A stretch of DNA of 37,313 bases from a virus (taxonomy: Duplodnaviria; Caudoviricetes): IMG/VR virus record IMGVR_UViG_3300037479_000484, positions 1-37,313 of that record. One strand, given 5' to 3'. Positions 18,365-26,022 of the stretch are shown here, piece by piece. The stretch's first letter is position 1, and every line of letters begins with the position of its first letter. Under the pieces are notes generated by a model. It was not told the DNA's origin. It searched no databases and saw only the letters and a list, made by a program, of their open reading frames with translations. Both the position numbers and the translations under genes were made by a program.

Positions 18365-18604
18365 CTATCGTTTTTTATCTATTATTCCCGCTGCAAATCC
18401 ACCCACACTAAATAAAGTTCCGCCAAAATTTCTTAAATACGCTTTATCCTCCGCTCTATGATGAAAATAAGGCAGAAAACTAAGACCGACTAAGAGAATT
18501 CCCGACAGTAGGACAATGACTGGTAACCATAATTTTAACAAAAAAGCCTGATTTTCTAAGCGATCGTTAATCACATTTTTATTGCGGTCTCCTTCGTCAT
18601 TCAT
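18365..18604 (-). CDS. Small two-TM membrane protein (holin-like candidate)
   Basis: 79 aa, two hydrophobic segments, charged C-terminus DKKR. Confidence 0.55.
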   Translation of the reverse strand: MNDEGDRNKNVINDRLENQAFLLKLWLPVIVLLSGILLVGLSFLPYFHHRAEDKAYLRNFGGTLFSVGGFAAGIIDKKR

Positions 18605-18926
18605 TGCATAACTTTTCGTAAAGTTCGTTTAATAATTTATGAACTTTCTCGACAGAATTAACAATAAATATTTTGCCTTGCCAGTGATAATGAAATTCGC
18701 TCTCATCTGGCGTTAATCTTTGCTTGCTTGGTGGCTGACTGCTATCTTTCACTTCAACTAAAAAAGTGATACTACCCTTTTCTCCCACAATCGAGCATAA
18801 AAGATCGGGGCAACCTTTCCCAATATTATGCAACTGCAATACCGACGCACCGCGATCGCGCAATGCTTGAACAATTTCTTGTTGATTGCGATCGACCCGC
18901 GATCGCCTGATAATTCTTTTCTTCAA
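18597..18926 (-). CDS. VRR-NUC-like PD-(D/E)xK nuclease
   Basis: DRNQQEIVQALR...GCPDLL...LVEVKD...LTPDE...WQG; the TTG start overlaps the end of an AATTTTG repeat. Confidence 0.75.
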   Translation of the reverse strand: MKKRIIRRSRVDRNQQEIVQALRDRGASVLQLHNIGKGCPDLLCSIVGEKGSITFLVEVKDSSQPPSKQRLTPDESEFHYHWQGKIFIVNSVEKVHKLLNELYEKLCNE

Positions 18927-18952
18927 TTTTGAATTTTGAATTTTGAATTTTG
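18925..18952. repeat. AATTTTG x4 heptamer repeat
   Basis: Four exact copies at a gene junction. Confidence 0.85.
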
Positions 18953-18958
18953 AACTGT

Positions 18959-19573
18959 TTATCTCGGTCTATATTTCCAAAAAGGTATCGTTAGAAAACC
19001 CGGGAGATCGCCAATATAATTGACGCTATATTCACTGCTATAACTTTCGCTTGATATCCCCTTAAAAACGCCGCTTTTGACGACAAACATCAACAATTGT
19101 CCGGCTGCTGCTTTAAGGCGGTTGACTTCCGGCGTATCCTGCGTAAAATCCAGCCCTGCCGTATAAGTTACCTCGGCTTCGCTAGAAGCAACACTATTGA
19201 GTGAAGTCGTCCATCCCCTCATTGCATTTCTCAAAATTATCTGTCCGTCGCGATCGATTTGATACTGTTCGGGCGTTAAAGTCGTCCAATCTTGAGCGAG
19301 CATAACGCGCCGAAATCTATCTTGAACGTGGGCAAGCCTGACTTTAATAATTGGTTCGGGAGGATTGACGAGAGGAGAGTTAGATAACCAAACAGTTTGC
19401 GTCTTTAGATGCACTCGCGACTTTTCAGTATATTGCTGCATCTCTAGCGAGCGACCCGCACAGCGATCGCTCTCGATTAACGCCTGCAAATAAATTAATG
19501 CTCCCGTCAGTGCGTCGCCTGTCAGCGTCACTAGCGGGGCATACTTGGCGATATCCGCTTCTGTGAGAATCAT
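18959..19573 (-). CDS. Head-tail adaptor/connector protein
   Basis: Likely start is ATG 19573; EVTYTAG motif and SESYSSEYSVNY near the C-terminus; lies two genes after the capsid. Confidence 0.75.
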   Translation of the reverse strand: MILTEADIAKYAPLVTLTGDALTGALIYLQALIESDRCAGRSLEMQQYTEKSRVHLKTQTVWLSNSPLVNPPEPIIKVRLAHVQDRFRRVMLAQDWTTLTPEQYQIDRDGQIILRNAMRGWTTSLNSVASSEAEVTYTAGLDFTQDTPEVNRLKAAAGQLLMFVVKSGVFKGISSESYSSEYSVNYIGDLPGFLTIPFWKYRPR

Positions 19574-19610
19574 TTCGCTTCGCTCAAGTTCAAACACTTT
19601 GAACTTTGAA

Positions 19611-19808
19611 CTATTTCAGTAAAGGACAGCTTGTATCGCCAAGCGGACAGAATAAATTCCCCTCTGAATTGGTTCGCTTGCCAGAACCACATTTAGAACA
19701 GACGGGAATCCCCATCGACTTAAGCAATTCGCTATCGGCTTGACTGACACCAGTCGCCGCTTGGGATTTTGTTTCTGTTTTGGTTTCCGTTTTAGTCGTT
19801 TCAGTCAT
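19611..19808 (-). CDS. Small Cys-containing hypothetical protein
   Basis: 65 aa; TETK repeats; CSKC and CPLGDTSC. Confidence 0.6.
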   Translation of the reverse strand: MTETTKTETKTETKSQAATGVSQADSELLKSMGIPVCSKCGSGKRTNSEGNLFCPLGDTSCPLLK

Positions 19809-19817
19809 ATTTTGAAC

Positions 19818-21629
19818 TTAAATTGCTAGATCGGTAGTGCGAACTTTAATGACTCGTAACTGCTGGGGAACAGCAGAGGTATCGTTGTAACCAACGGGGT
19901 CGATATCGAGTGCGCCAAATCCTTCTTGGGATAACCAAGTCATTCTTGTCTCGCGATCGAAGTTGGTTACTGAATCCTGTCTCAACTCCATCGGCATTCC
20001 TATGCCGCGTCCTTCCACGCCAGCACCGAAAGCGTAAGAGGTACGAGTCAGGGTAGAACCAACGCCGAGGGGGTCGTCTTGCACGCCCTCGGTTCCTGCC
20101 GCACCGACAGAAAAAGAATTAGACGAGAAGAAATGGAAGTTGTAATACTTGCCCAAATAGCCGCTAATTCTGCCCGAATCTTCTGGGGGAATCAAGGCAG
20201 GGTTGAGAACGTTGGTTAAGTCTCTCAATGCCGACTCATTAGGCGCTTCCCATTTATCCTCTAAATCCGCCTTCAGTTGCGCCTCACCAGTGCTATTGAG
20301 CGCCCAGATATAGCACCCATCTGCCAACGGCTCGATCTGTAGCAACTTCATGTAGGCGTGTAGATTAATTGCGAACAATCGCGTTACCGTTCCGTTATCG
20401 CCCGCGCCGAGATCGCCAGGGGTTGTTGTCACTCGCCCGCGATCGTTATAGACGACGCGCGAACTAACGTTGAAATAGCTGCGAATCTTTTTGTCTTCCC
20501 AGGTCGCATAATCGAACCCAAGCAAGCGATCTAACTGCGCGACGAGATCGTACATCGAATAGAAAGAAACAAAAGAAGGAATCGAAATCGGCGATAACGC
20601 CACGCTAGCACCTGGCTTGCCGCGTCCCCATTCCTCTACTGTTAGAGGAACCACACCAGTCTGTATGTTGTCAGACGAGGCAACAATCGGCGCAAACGTG
20701 CCGCCGCCAGAGAGCTTGTAATCGTCGGGATTGGGCGAACTGACGAGATAGCGAAATCGGGGTACTGAAATCGTATCTCCCATCCCCGCCGCGAAATCAA
20801 ATTGCGTGAGCGGAAATTGCCAGAATATATATCCAGGACGATGAGTAGTACGAACGATCGCGCTCAACGTCGGCAAGAAGCCGCCGGGGAGGTCGGCAAT
20901 TGTCGTCGATGCTTCCGTAACGGGAATGACGCTGCCGCCTGCGAACCAACCGCGCTTTTTCCCCCATTCAGTCAAGTCGTCTAGCAATTGGCGACGATTT
21001 TGGCGAACGAATTTATTTAATTGCCATTTATCGAAATCAATTGCTGACTGCCCCTGTTCGGTAATCTTTCGTACCTTGGGGGCACTGTCGTAAATCTGTA
21101 GTGCTTCGGCAAACGTGCCAAATACTTTATCGCGATCGCTGGCAATATGAGTATTGAAATTTACACCTTTCTCTTGTAAAGGATTTTTACTGCCAGTCAA
21201 TTTAAATAAATCCTCGAATTTATCGATCGTTTCCTTCGACTGTTTAAGTTGTTCCTGCGCCTCGTTCAATGTTTGTCGAACGGCTTCTAATTCCCGATCG
21301 CGTTCTTTTTCCTTTTCCGTCGCCTGCTCTTGGAATTGCTGCAAGAGCGATTGTTTTAGACTGTCGATTTCTTTTTGTTTTTGCTCGGCTTCTAACTGTC
21401 GTTGATCGGCTGCCTTACTATTAGCCGCCGCGATCGCATTTTGCACGATTTCGTTTAATTTACTCTCGTCAACAAAAGGAACGCTCCCTTGAGTTGAACT
21501 CGATTCTTTTGCCGCGATTTTCTGTTTAGTTATTTCGACCAGTGCCTCTTTTTCTTCTTGATTGCCTTCGCCGCTATCAGTTATCCTGACTTGCTTATAT
21601 TCCTTTTTCCCAAATCCTTTTCCGCTCAT
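19818..21629 (-). CDS. Major capsid protein with N-terminal coiled-coil scaffold domain
   Basis: 603 aa; Gln/Glu-rich coiled coil followed by capsid-like motifs (GDTISVPR, GYLGKYYNFHFFSS); downstream of the protease. Confidence 0.85.
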   Translation of the reverse strand: MSGKGFGKKEYKQVRITDSGEGNQEEKEALVEITKQKIAAKESSSTQGSVPFVDESKLNEIVQNAIAAANSKAADQRQLEAEQKQKEIDSLKQSLLQQFQEQATEKEKERDRELEAVRQTLNEAQEQLKQSKETIDKFEDLFKLTGSKNPLQEKGVNFNTHIASDRDKVFGTFAEALQIYDSAPKVRKITEQGQSAIDFDKWQLNKFVRQNRRQLLDDLTEWGKKRGWFAGGSVIPVTEASTTIADLPGGFLPTLSAIVRTTHRPGYIFWQFPLTQFDFAAGMGDTISVPRFRYLVSSPNPDDYKLSGGGTFAPIVASSDNIQTGVVPLTVEEWGRGKPGASVALSPISIPSFVSFYSMYDLVAQLDRLLGFDYATWEDKKIRSYFNVSSRVVYNDRGRVTTTPGDLGAGDNGTVTRLFAINLHAYMKLLQIEPLADGCYIWALNSTGEAQLKADLEDKWEAPNESALRDLTNVLNPALIPPEDSGRISGYLGKYYNFHFFSSNSFSVGAAGTEGVQDDPLGVGSTLTRTSYAFGAGVEGRGIGMPMELRQDSVTNFDRETRMTWLSQEGFGALDIDPVGYNDTSAVPQQLRVIKVRTTDLAI

Positions 21630-21704
21630 AATTAACTATTACAAAACACCTTGATTTATCTATGGTATATCGAATTATTTTCTGATGCAGGATAAAATAT
21701 CTAC

Positions 21705-21781
21705 ATCGACGCTTTTTTACTCATCGCTGCGCTTCTCGTCTCGACTCAACGCTATTAATTTACAAATATTAATAGTTTTTT
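21705..21781 (+). ncRNA. Candidate guide RNA 1: C(T/G)C-NN pentamer array with terminator
   Basis: ATC-GA CGC-TT TTT-TA CTC-AT CGC-TG CGC-TT CTC-GT CTC-GA CTC-AA CGC-TA (21705-21754); TAAAAT at 21693-21698; hairpin 21752-21775 then TTTTTT. Transcription is inferred. Confidence 0.65.
21752..21781 (+). terminator. Hairpin plus U-tract after the upstream array
   Basis: CTATTAAT (21752-21759) pairs with ATTAATAG (21768-21775), followed by six T; the stem is AT-rich. Confidence 0.5.
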
Positions 21782-21794
21782 GTTCGAGGATTTA

Positions 21795-21819
21795 TATACT
21801 TATAAATATGATTAGTGAA
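21795..21819 (+). promoter_or_regulatory. Promoter region of the RAMP-like gene and predicted gapped target of array 1
   Basis: TATACT -10-like box at 21795-21800; 21800-21816 reads TTaTAaATaTGaTTaGT, matching array dinucleotides TT,TA,AT,TG,TT,GT. Confidence 0.6.
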
Positions 21820-21827
21820 AGCAAAAT

Positions 21828-22421
21828 ATGACGAAAATCGCAATTGCAACCATCAGAGGAGAAGCCGCTTATTCTCAATCAAAATATCATTCGATTCCCA
21901 AGTTAAATAAAGAATTGCCACAGGATTACGAACGTCGAACTTGGAGAAAAAGAATACACCAAAACGAAGACGGAAACGTAATAATCCCTCCCATGTGTTG
22001 GAAAAATTGCTTGTCAGAAGCAGCCAAGTTTCTATCGATACAAATCCCAGGCAAGGGGAAGTCAACCTATACCAAACACTTTGAAAGTGGCGTTTTAGTT
22101 GTCGAGCCGTCTGTATTGCCAATTAAGGCTTCTGACGTGCGAGGCGATTGGGTATTCGTTCCCGCCGATGGCATTAGAGGGTCGGGCAAGCGCGTTGAAA
22201 AATGTTACCCAATTATCGATCCAGGTTGGCAATGTCAAGCTGAATTCTTTATTTTCGATGACGTAATTACCAAGGATGTGTTCTTAATGCACTTAAAACA
22301 AGCAGGACAGTTAATCGGGATCGGTAGATTTCGTCCTAGAAATAATGGCTACTACGGTCGGTTTAAGGTTCTAGACCTTGAGTGGAAAGATGCGGAGTAT
22401 GACGAATTAGTGTCGGCTTAG
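21828..22421 (+). CDS. Stand-alone RAMP/Cas7-like protein (Vipr-like)
   Basis: 197 aa with RAMP-like layout: N-terminal strand, IIPPMCWKNCL (cf. IP.s.lKg.l), central thumb-like region, C-terminal Gly-rich loop AGQLIGIGRFRPRNNGYYGRFKV. No other cas genes or CRISPR array in the window. Confidence 0.8.
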   Translation: MTKIAIATIRGEAAYSQSKYHSIPKLNKELPQDYERRTWRKRIHQNEDGNVIIPPMCWKNCLSEAAKFLSIQIPGKGKSTYTKHFESGVLVVEPSVLPIKASDVRGDWVFVPADGIRGSGKRVEKCYPIIDPGWQCQAEFFIFDDVITKDVFLMHLKQAGQLIGIGRFRPRNNGYYGRFKVLDLEWKDAEYDELVSA

Positions 22422-22491
22422 GTCGTCTCATCTCATCTCGTCTCGCCTCTGCTCTCCTCAACTCTACTCAACTCTACTCATCTCATCGCTA
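22422..22491 (+). ncRNA. Candidate guide RNA 2: CTC-NN pentamer array
   Basis: Twelve exact CTC at 5-nt spacing (22427-22484), bracketed by GTC and CGC; dinucleotides GT,AT,AT,GT,GC,TG,TC,AA,TA,AA,TA,AT,AT. Begins right after the RAMP stop codon. Confidence 0.75.
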
Positions 22492-23208
22492 TAGCAAAAC
22501 AATATTATTTAAATTCTCGCTAATAATCCCCGCTTGTACGCAATTACCGGAAAAGACAAAAGACAATTCCAAACTAACAACTTCACCAGCGCGGATATAA
22601 TATGGAGCTAAATCCTCTGGGTCGGCGAACCAAGTGAACGGAAACACAGGCGGGTAATGCGGGCAATCCTCATCGCTAAAACTCGACTCGCACAAAGGAC
22701 AAATATAGTCGCCCCTAAAATGTCCGCCAATCGATACATCGGCTTTTCGTCTATATTTAATTTCAGAAACAAGCGGATGGCTTGCTTCAATTGCGGCATA
22801 ACAAACAACTTGATATAAGCCGTCGCGATCGATAATCTCTTTATCGATATCAGGACTAGGCGATTCGACTAAAATCCGACTAATTGATTCGTTACTCGGT
22901 TTAGGAATATGCCACAATTCTGCATCGTAAACGAAGCCAAAATCTTTGAGCGAATCATCCCAAGAATGATCCATCATCAAATCTTTCCCCAAATAAGAAG
23001 CGACCATCGTTTCTAGGGCAGTTTTATCCCATACTGCTAGAGAACTATGCATTAAATTATTACTAGCAAGAAGCGGGACTGTATAAACTTCTTGTTGCAC
23101 GTATGGTTCCGTTCCTCTGGGACGATATTGATTGATTTGTGTCAATTCTTCTTCAGTAGGATAACGAAATTCGAGGCGTTTTTTTAATTGAAAAATGGTG
23201 GCTCGCAT
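22489..23208 (-). CDS. Prohead protease
   Basis: 239 aa; MDHSWD, DVSIGG, CPLC...CPH insert and LELSFV motifs; upstream of the capsid. Confidence 0.8.
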   Translation of the reverse strand: MRATIFQLKKRLEFRYPTEEELTQINQYRPRGTEPYVQQEVYTVPLLASNNLMHSSLAVWDKTALETMVASYLGKDLMMDHSWDDSLKDFGFVYDAELWHIPKPSNESISRILVESPSPDIDKEIIDRDGLYQVVCYAAIEASHPLVSEIKYRRKADVSIGGHFRGDYICPLCESSFSDEDCPHYPPVFPFTWFADPEDLAPYYIRAGEVVSLELSFVFSGNCVQAGIISENLNNIVLL

Positions 23209-23266
23209 AGATAAATAGAAGAATACTTCAATCTATTATCGTTTGCCAGGAGTCACAAGTCATTTG

Positions 23267-23704
23267 TCAATCGGGCAAATAATCACGAGTAAGCGTTTCT
23301 TGAACAGAAAAAGGACACTGTTGAGGGAAAGTCTGTTCGCTTAATCCGGTTTCGGCAACAGCTTTTAAAATAGCTCCTTCATAGCAATCAATTAAAATCT
23401 CACCGATTTTATTCTTTAGAGAAGGACTATCTAAAAGAAGCCATTCAATTTGTTTTCGTTGCTCAATGATAGTAGCTTTCCAGCTATTAGAACGCATTTG
23501 GGGCTGATACTTCCACTTGAGTAAATGCATTAACAAAACAGTCAACCGATTGCGTAGCTCTCGTTTTTCACTCCTGCCCATGCTTTCTATTTCTTCAATT
23601 AGATTATCGATATCTAGCTCGCTAAATTTCTTCTCTCGCAATAATTTAGCGGTAGTTTCTATCCATAGATAAAAGTCTTTTTCGTAAAGAGAATTAACCA
23701 TCAT
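23267..23704 (-). CDS. DUF29-family protein
   Basis: LYEKDFYLW...LIEEIESMGRSEKRELRNRLTVLLMHLLKWKYQ...FPQQCPF, typical of this cyanobacterial family. Confidence 0.92.
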   Translation of the reverse strand: MMVNSLYEKDFYLWIETTAKLLREKKFSELDIDNLIEEIESMGRSEKRELRNRLTVLLMHLLKWKYQPQMRSNSWKATIIEQRKQIEWLLLDSPSLKNKIGEILIDCYEGAILKAVAETGLSEQTFPQQCPFSVQETLTRDYLPD

Positions 23705-23720
23705 TCAACCTCCCCATAAA

Positions 23721-24197
23721 TTACGCGATCGCTAGTTCCGACAACGGCACAAGTCGTTCGATCAATTCCAAGTCTGCCAGATCCCCACGAATAGCTAACA
23801 CTTGCAACGCTCCCCAGGACTCGATATAAGCAGGAGCATTTTTCCAGAAAACGCGATCGCCTACTTTGATGGGGCAAGCTTTTTTTTCTTCTGAAAAATC
23901 TTCGATATCCAATCGTTTTTCTGCCAACGCTAATAAATCGTTCTGCAATTCCCAGACAATCGCAATCCAAGCCGATGTTAATCTCAAATCTAATTTTACT
24001 CCCAGAATTTTTAGCCGTCGCTTCATCTCGGCAGTATCCGCGCACTTACATTCGCGCAGGGCAATCGCTTTTATGTCGGCTCGACGAACGCGATACTTGT
24101 CGTTATATCTAGCTTTCTGTTGTCTGGTTTGGAGGATTCGACGATCGCAATTAGACTTGCTTGTTGCGATCGGTAGAGTTGATAGGCTAGTATTCAT
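23721..24197 (-). CDS. Hypothetical protein with C-terminal SH3/KOW-like segment
   Basis: 158 aa; IKVGDRVFW...VPLSEL; divergent from the RHH gene. Confidence 0.6.
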   Translation of the reverse strand: MNTSLSTLPIATSKSNCDRRILQTRQQKARYNDKYRVRRADIKAIALRECKCADTAEMKRRLKILGVKLDLRLTSAWIAIVWELQNDLLALAEKRLDIEDFSEEKKACPIKVGDRVFWKNAPAYIESWGALQVLAIRGDLADLELIERLVPLSELAIA

Positions 24198-24230
24198 GTT
24201 GTGTGCGTTTTATGCGTATATATTTTTCAG

Positions 24231-24339
24231 AAAGGCGATCGCATAGTTTTCCAGGCTGCTGCGATCGCCTTTGATTTATTGCCTCTATAGTATCATGATT
24301 TCAATCATGATAGCAATGCGTGATAAAATTGTGATAAAA
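24231..24339. promoter_or_regulatory. Divergent control region: HIP1-armed leader hairpin and TGATA operator repeats
   Basis: 13-bp inverted repeat 24231-24243 / 24260-24272; perfect palindrome TATCATGATT-tc-AATCATGATA (24291-24312); GTGATAAAA at 24320 and 24331. Confidence 0.7.
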
Positions 24340-24369
24340 ACAGGATAGATACTAGGGGCAAACAATTAT

Positions 24370-24585
24370 ATGCCTAGAAAAAAGCTTTATAAAGAAAGCG
24401 ATTACATCCAAATAGTTCTCCCCAAAAAAGACAAGATTGCTTTTGACGCTTGGTGCGAAGCCAACAACGTGACAATGAGCGAGGTAATCCGCGCTCAAAT
24501 CGCTGGCTATGTAATTCAAGGAGAAAAGTTGATTCTTGCCAAAAATGAGGTCAGCGATGCTCAATCCATCCAAAGCCAACAGTAA
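24370..24585 (+). CDS. Ribbon-helix-helix (CopG-like) regulator
   Basis: 71 aa; YIQIVLP strand followed by two helices (...CEANNVTMSEVIRAQI). Confidence 0.75.
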   Translation: MPRKKLYKESDYIQIVLPKKDKIAFDAWCEANNVTMSEVIRAQIAGYVIQGEKLILAKNEVSDAQSIQSQQ

Positions 24586-25204
24586 GTAACGATTCTTTTG
24601 GCTTCTCTCTAGACCAAGACAACTCGAATATACAGCCACATCGACTGCGACAGGAACATCGTTCCGTTGGCGCTGGCAATCTACCAATTGGCTCCCAACC
24701 CATCGCTTCGTAAACAATACACTCAGAACAACTTTCCGACTTAGTTCGCTTCCTTCTCTCCCAAGTCGCCCCCGCTTCCTTGTGCGATTCTCGCCTAAAC
24801 TTCTCAAATGTCCCTGTCGCTTTATCGACATACATATTGACGCGATTCTTTATCTGTGCCGCCGATTGACTACCAGAAAGAATTTCGTAGCTAAATTTCC
24901 GCAGATGGCTATATTCCTTTTTTAACTGATTGCCAATTACCCCGTAATCGGATAGCGTCAATTCTGGCTTACCTAGCTTGCCAATCTGAATCGTTTGTTT
25001 TTTAATTAACTCGGCAATCCCTCTTTCCCAAGTGCCGACAGAAATCTTTTTATCTAATAATTCTTGCGTTATCTCTTGTGATGAACGCTGGTTCTGCTCG
25101 ATAGATTTATTTACCAGCGATCGCAGTTCCGATACGCCAACAAACGTATTATTAGACTTGTAATGATATCTCTGGGTGCGCTTATCAAAATAAAATTCAG
25201 TCAT
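24551..25204 (-). CDS. Minor head morphogenesis protein (gpF-like)
   Basis: 217 aa; C-terminal CSEC...GWEPIGRLPAP...CSCRSRCGC; lies between portal and protease. Confidence 0.7.
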   Translation of the reverse strand: MTEFYFDKRTQRYHYKSNNTFVGVSELRSLVNKSIEQNQRSSQEITQELLDKKISVGTWERGIAELIKKQTIQIGKLGKPELTLSDYGVIGNQLKKEYSHLRKFSYEILSGSQSAAQIKNRVNMYVDKATGTFEKFRRESHKEAGATWERRKRTKSESCSECIVYEAMGWEPIGRLPAPTERCSCRSRCGCIFELSWSREKPKESLLTVGFGWIEHR

Positions 25205-25478
25205 CTAATGGCAACAATAACCATCTTCCTTCCCCTAAATTATCAGAGATGACGAGCTTTTTTAACGCGCCAGAACTACCAAATATCAATCCTCGATCCA
25301 AAACCAAAGAAACTCTATGAACCTCAAAAAACACCTTTTTATCTAATTCGTTTCTACGATTGCTCTCAATTCTTGCCATCTGTCTGTTTAGATAAGCTTT
25401 AGCCGCCACACAAGACATATCTAACGCCCTAGTAACGACATAAATATCAATTTTTGGATCGTCTACTCGTTCGCTCAT
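25197..25478 (-). CDS. Hypothetical protein
   Basis: Likely start is ATG 25478 (MSERVDDPK); the stop overlaps the next gene's start. Confidence 0.4.
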   Translation of the reverse strand: MSERVDDPKIDIYVVTRALDMSCVAAKAYLNRQMARIESNRRNELDKKVFFEVHRVSLVLDRGLIFGSSGALKKLVISDNLGEGRWLLLPLDD

Positions 25479-25494
25479 ACCCAGATTATAGAAC

Positions 25495-26016
25495 ATGGAA
25501 GAATGGAACGTTATCCTCCCCATCATTGTCGCTACGGCTGGCGCTGTTGCTTATTTTCACGTACAGATAGATAGCTTAAAAAAGGAATTATTAAAAGCAA
25601 TCGAAGATAGTCAAAAAGAAACTTTTTCCAAATTCTTAGAAGAAAAGCAAGAACTTGAAAAAGAGCATAACGAATTAGCGCGATCGCATAAAAATCTGTT
25701 CTCTCGCTACATAAAACGTGGAGAAAAAATCAAGACAACATTTCAGAGATTCAAAGATAGATACGTCAGGATGACCACAGAAATTGAAGATTTGTATCGT
25801 CGCAATTACGATCTTCGCTGCGATGTTGATGACATTTACAAACAGGCGAAACTACAAAAGCGCGAACGCAATATCGGCAACTACGAATCCTTTAGAGAAA
25901 GTACTGTTAAACCCAATTTCGATACGCTTAATGAAATCAGTAAGCTAGACGTGCCGGAAATGGGAGAGGTTAACATAGCAATCCCTCAAGGAGACGATAC
26001 CGATTTATTTGCTTAA
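25495..26016 (+). CDS. N-terminally membrane-anchored coiled-coil protein
   Basis: 173 aa; hydrophobic VILPIIVATAGAVAYF followed by a charged coiled coil. Confidence 0.7.
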   Translation: MEEWNVILPIIVATAGAVAYFHVQIDSLKKELLKAIEDSQKETFSKFLEEKQELEKEHNELARSHKNLFSRYIKRGEKIKTTFQRFKDRYVRMTTEIEDLYRRNYDLRCDVDDIYKQAKLQKRERNIGNYESFRESTVKPNFDTLNEISKLDVPEMGEVNIAIPQGDDTDLFA

Positions 26017-26022
26017 GTCTAT

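Noticed and set aside
21705-22491. CRISPR array or simple microsatellite next to the Cas7-like gene
   Set aside because: There are no long direct repeats with unique spacers. The varied dinucleotides between invariant triplets do not fit slippage expansion of one unit.
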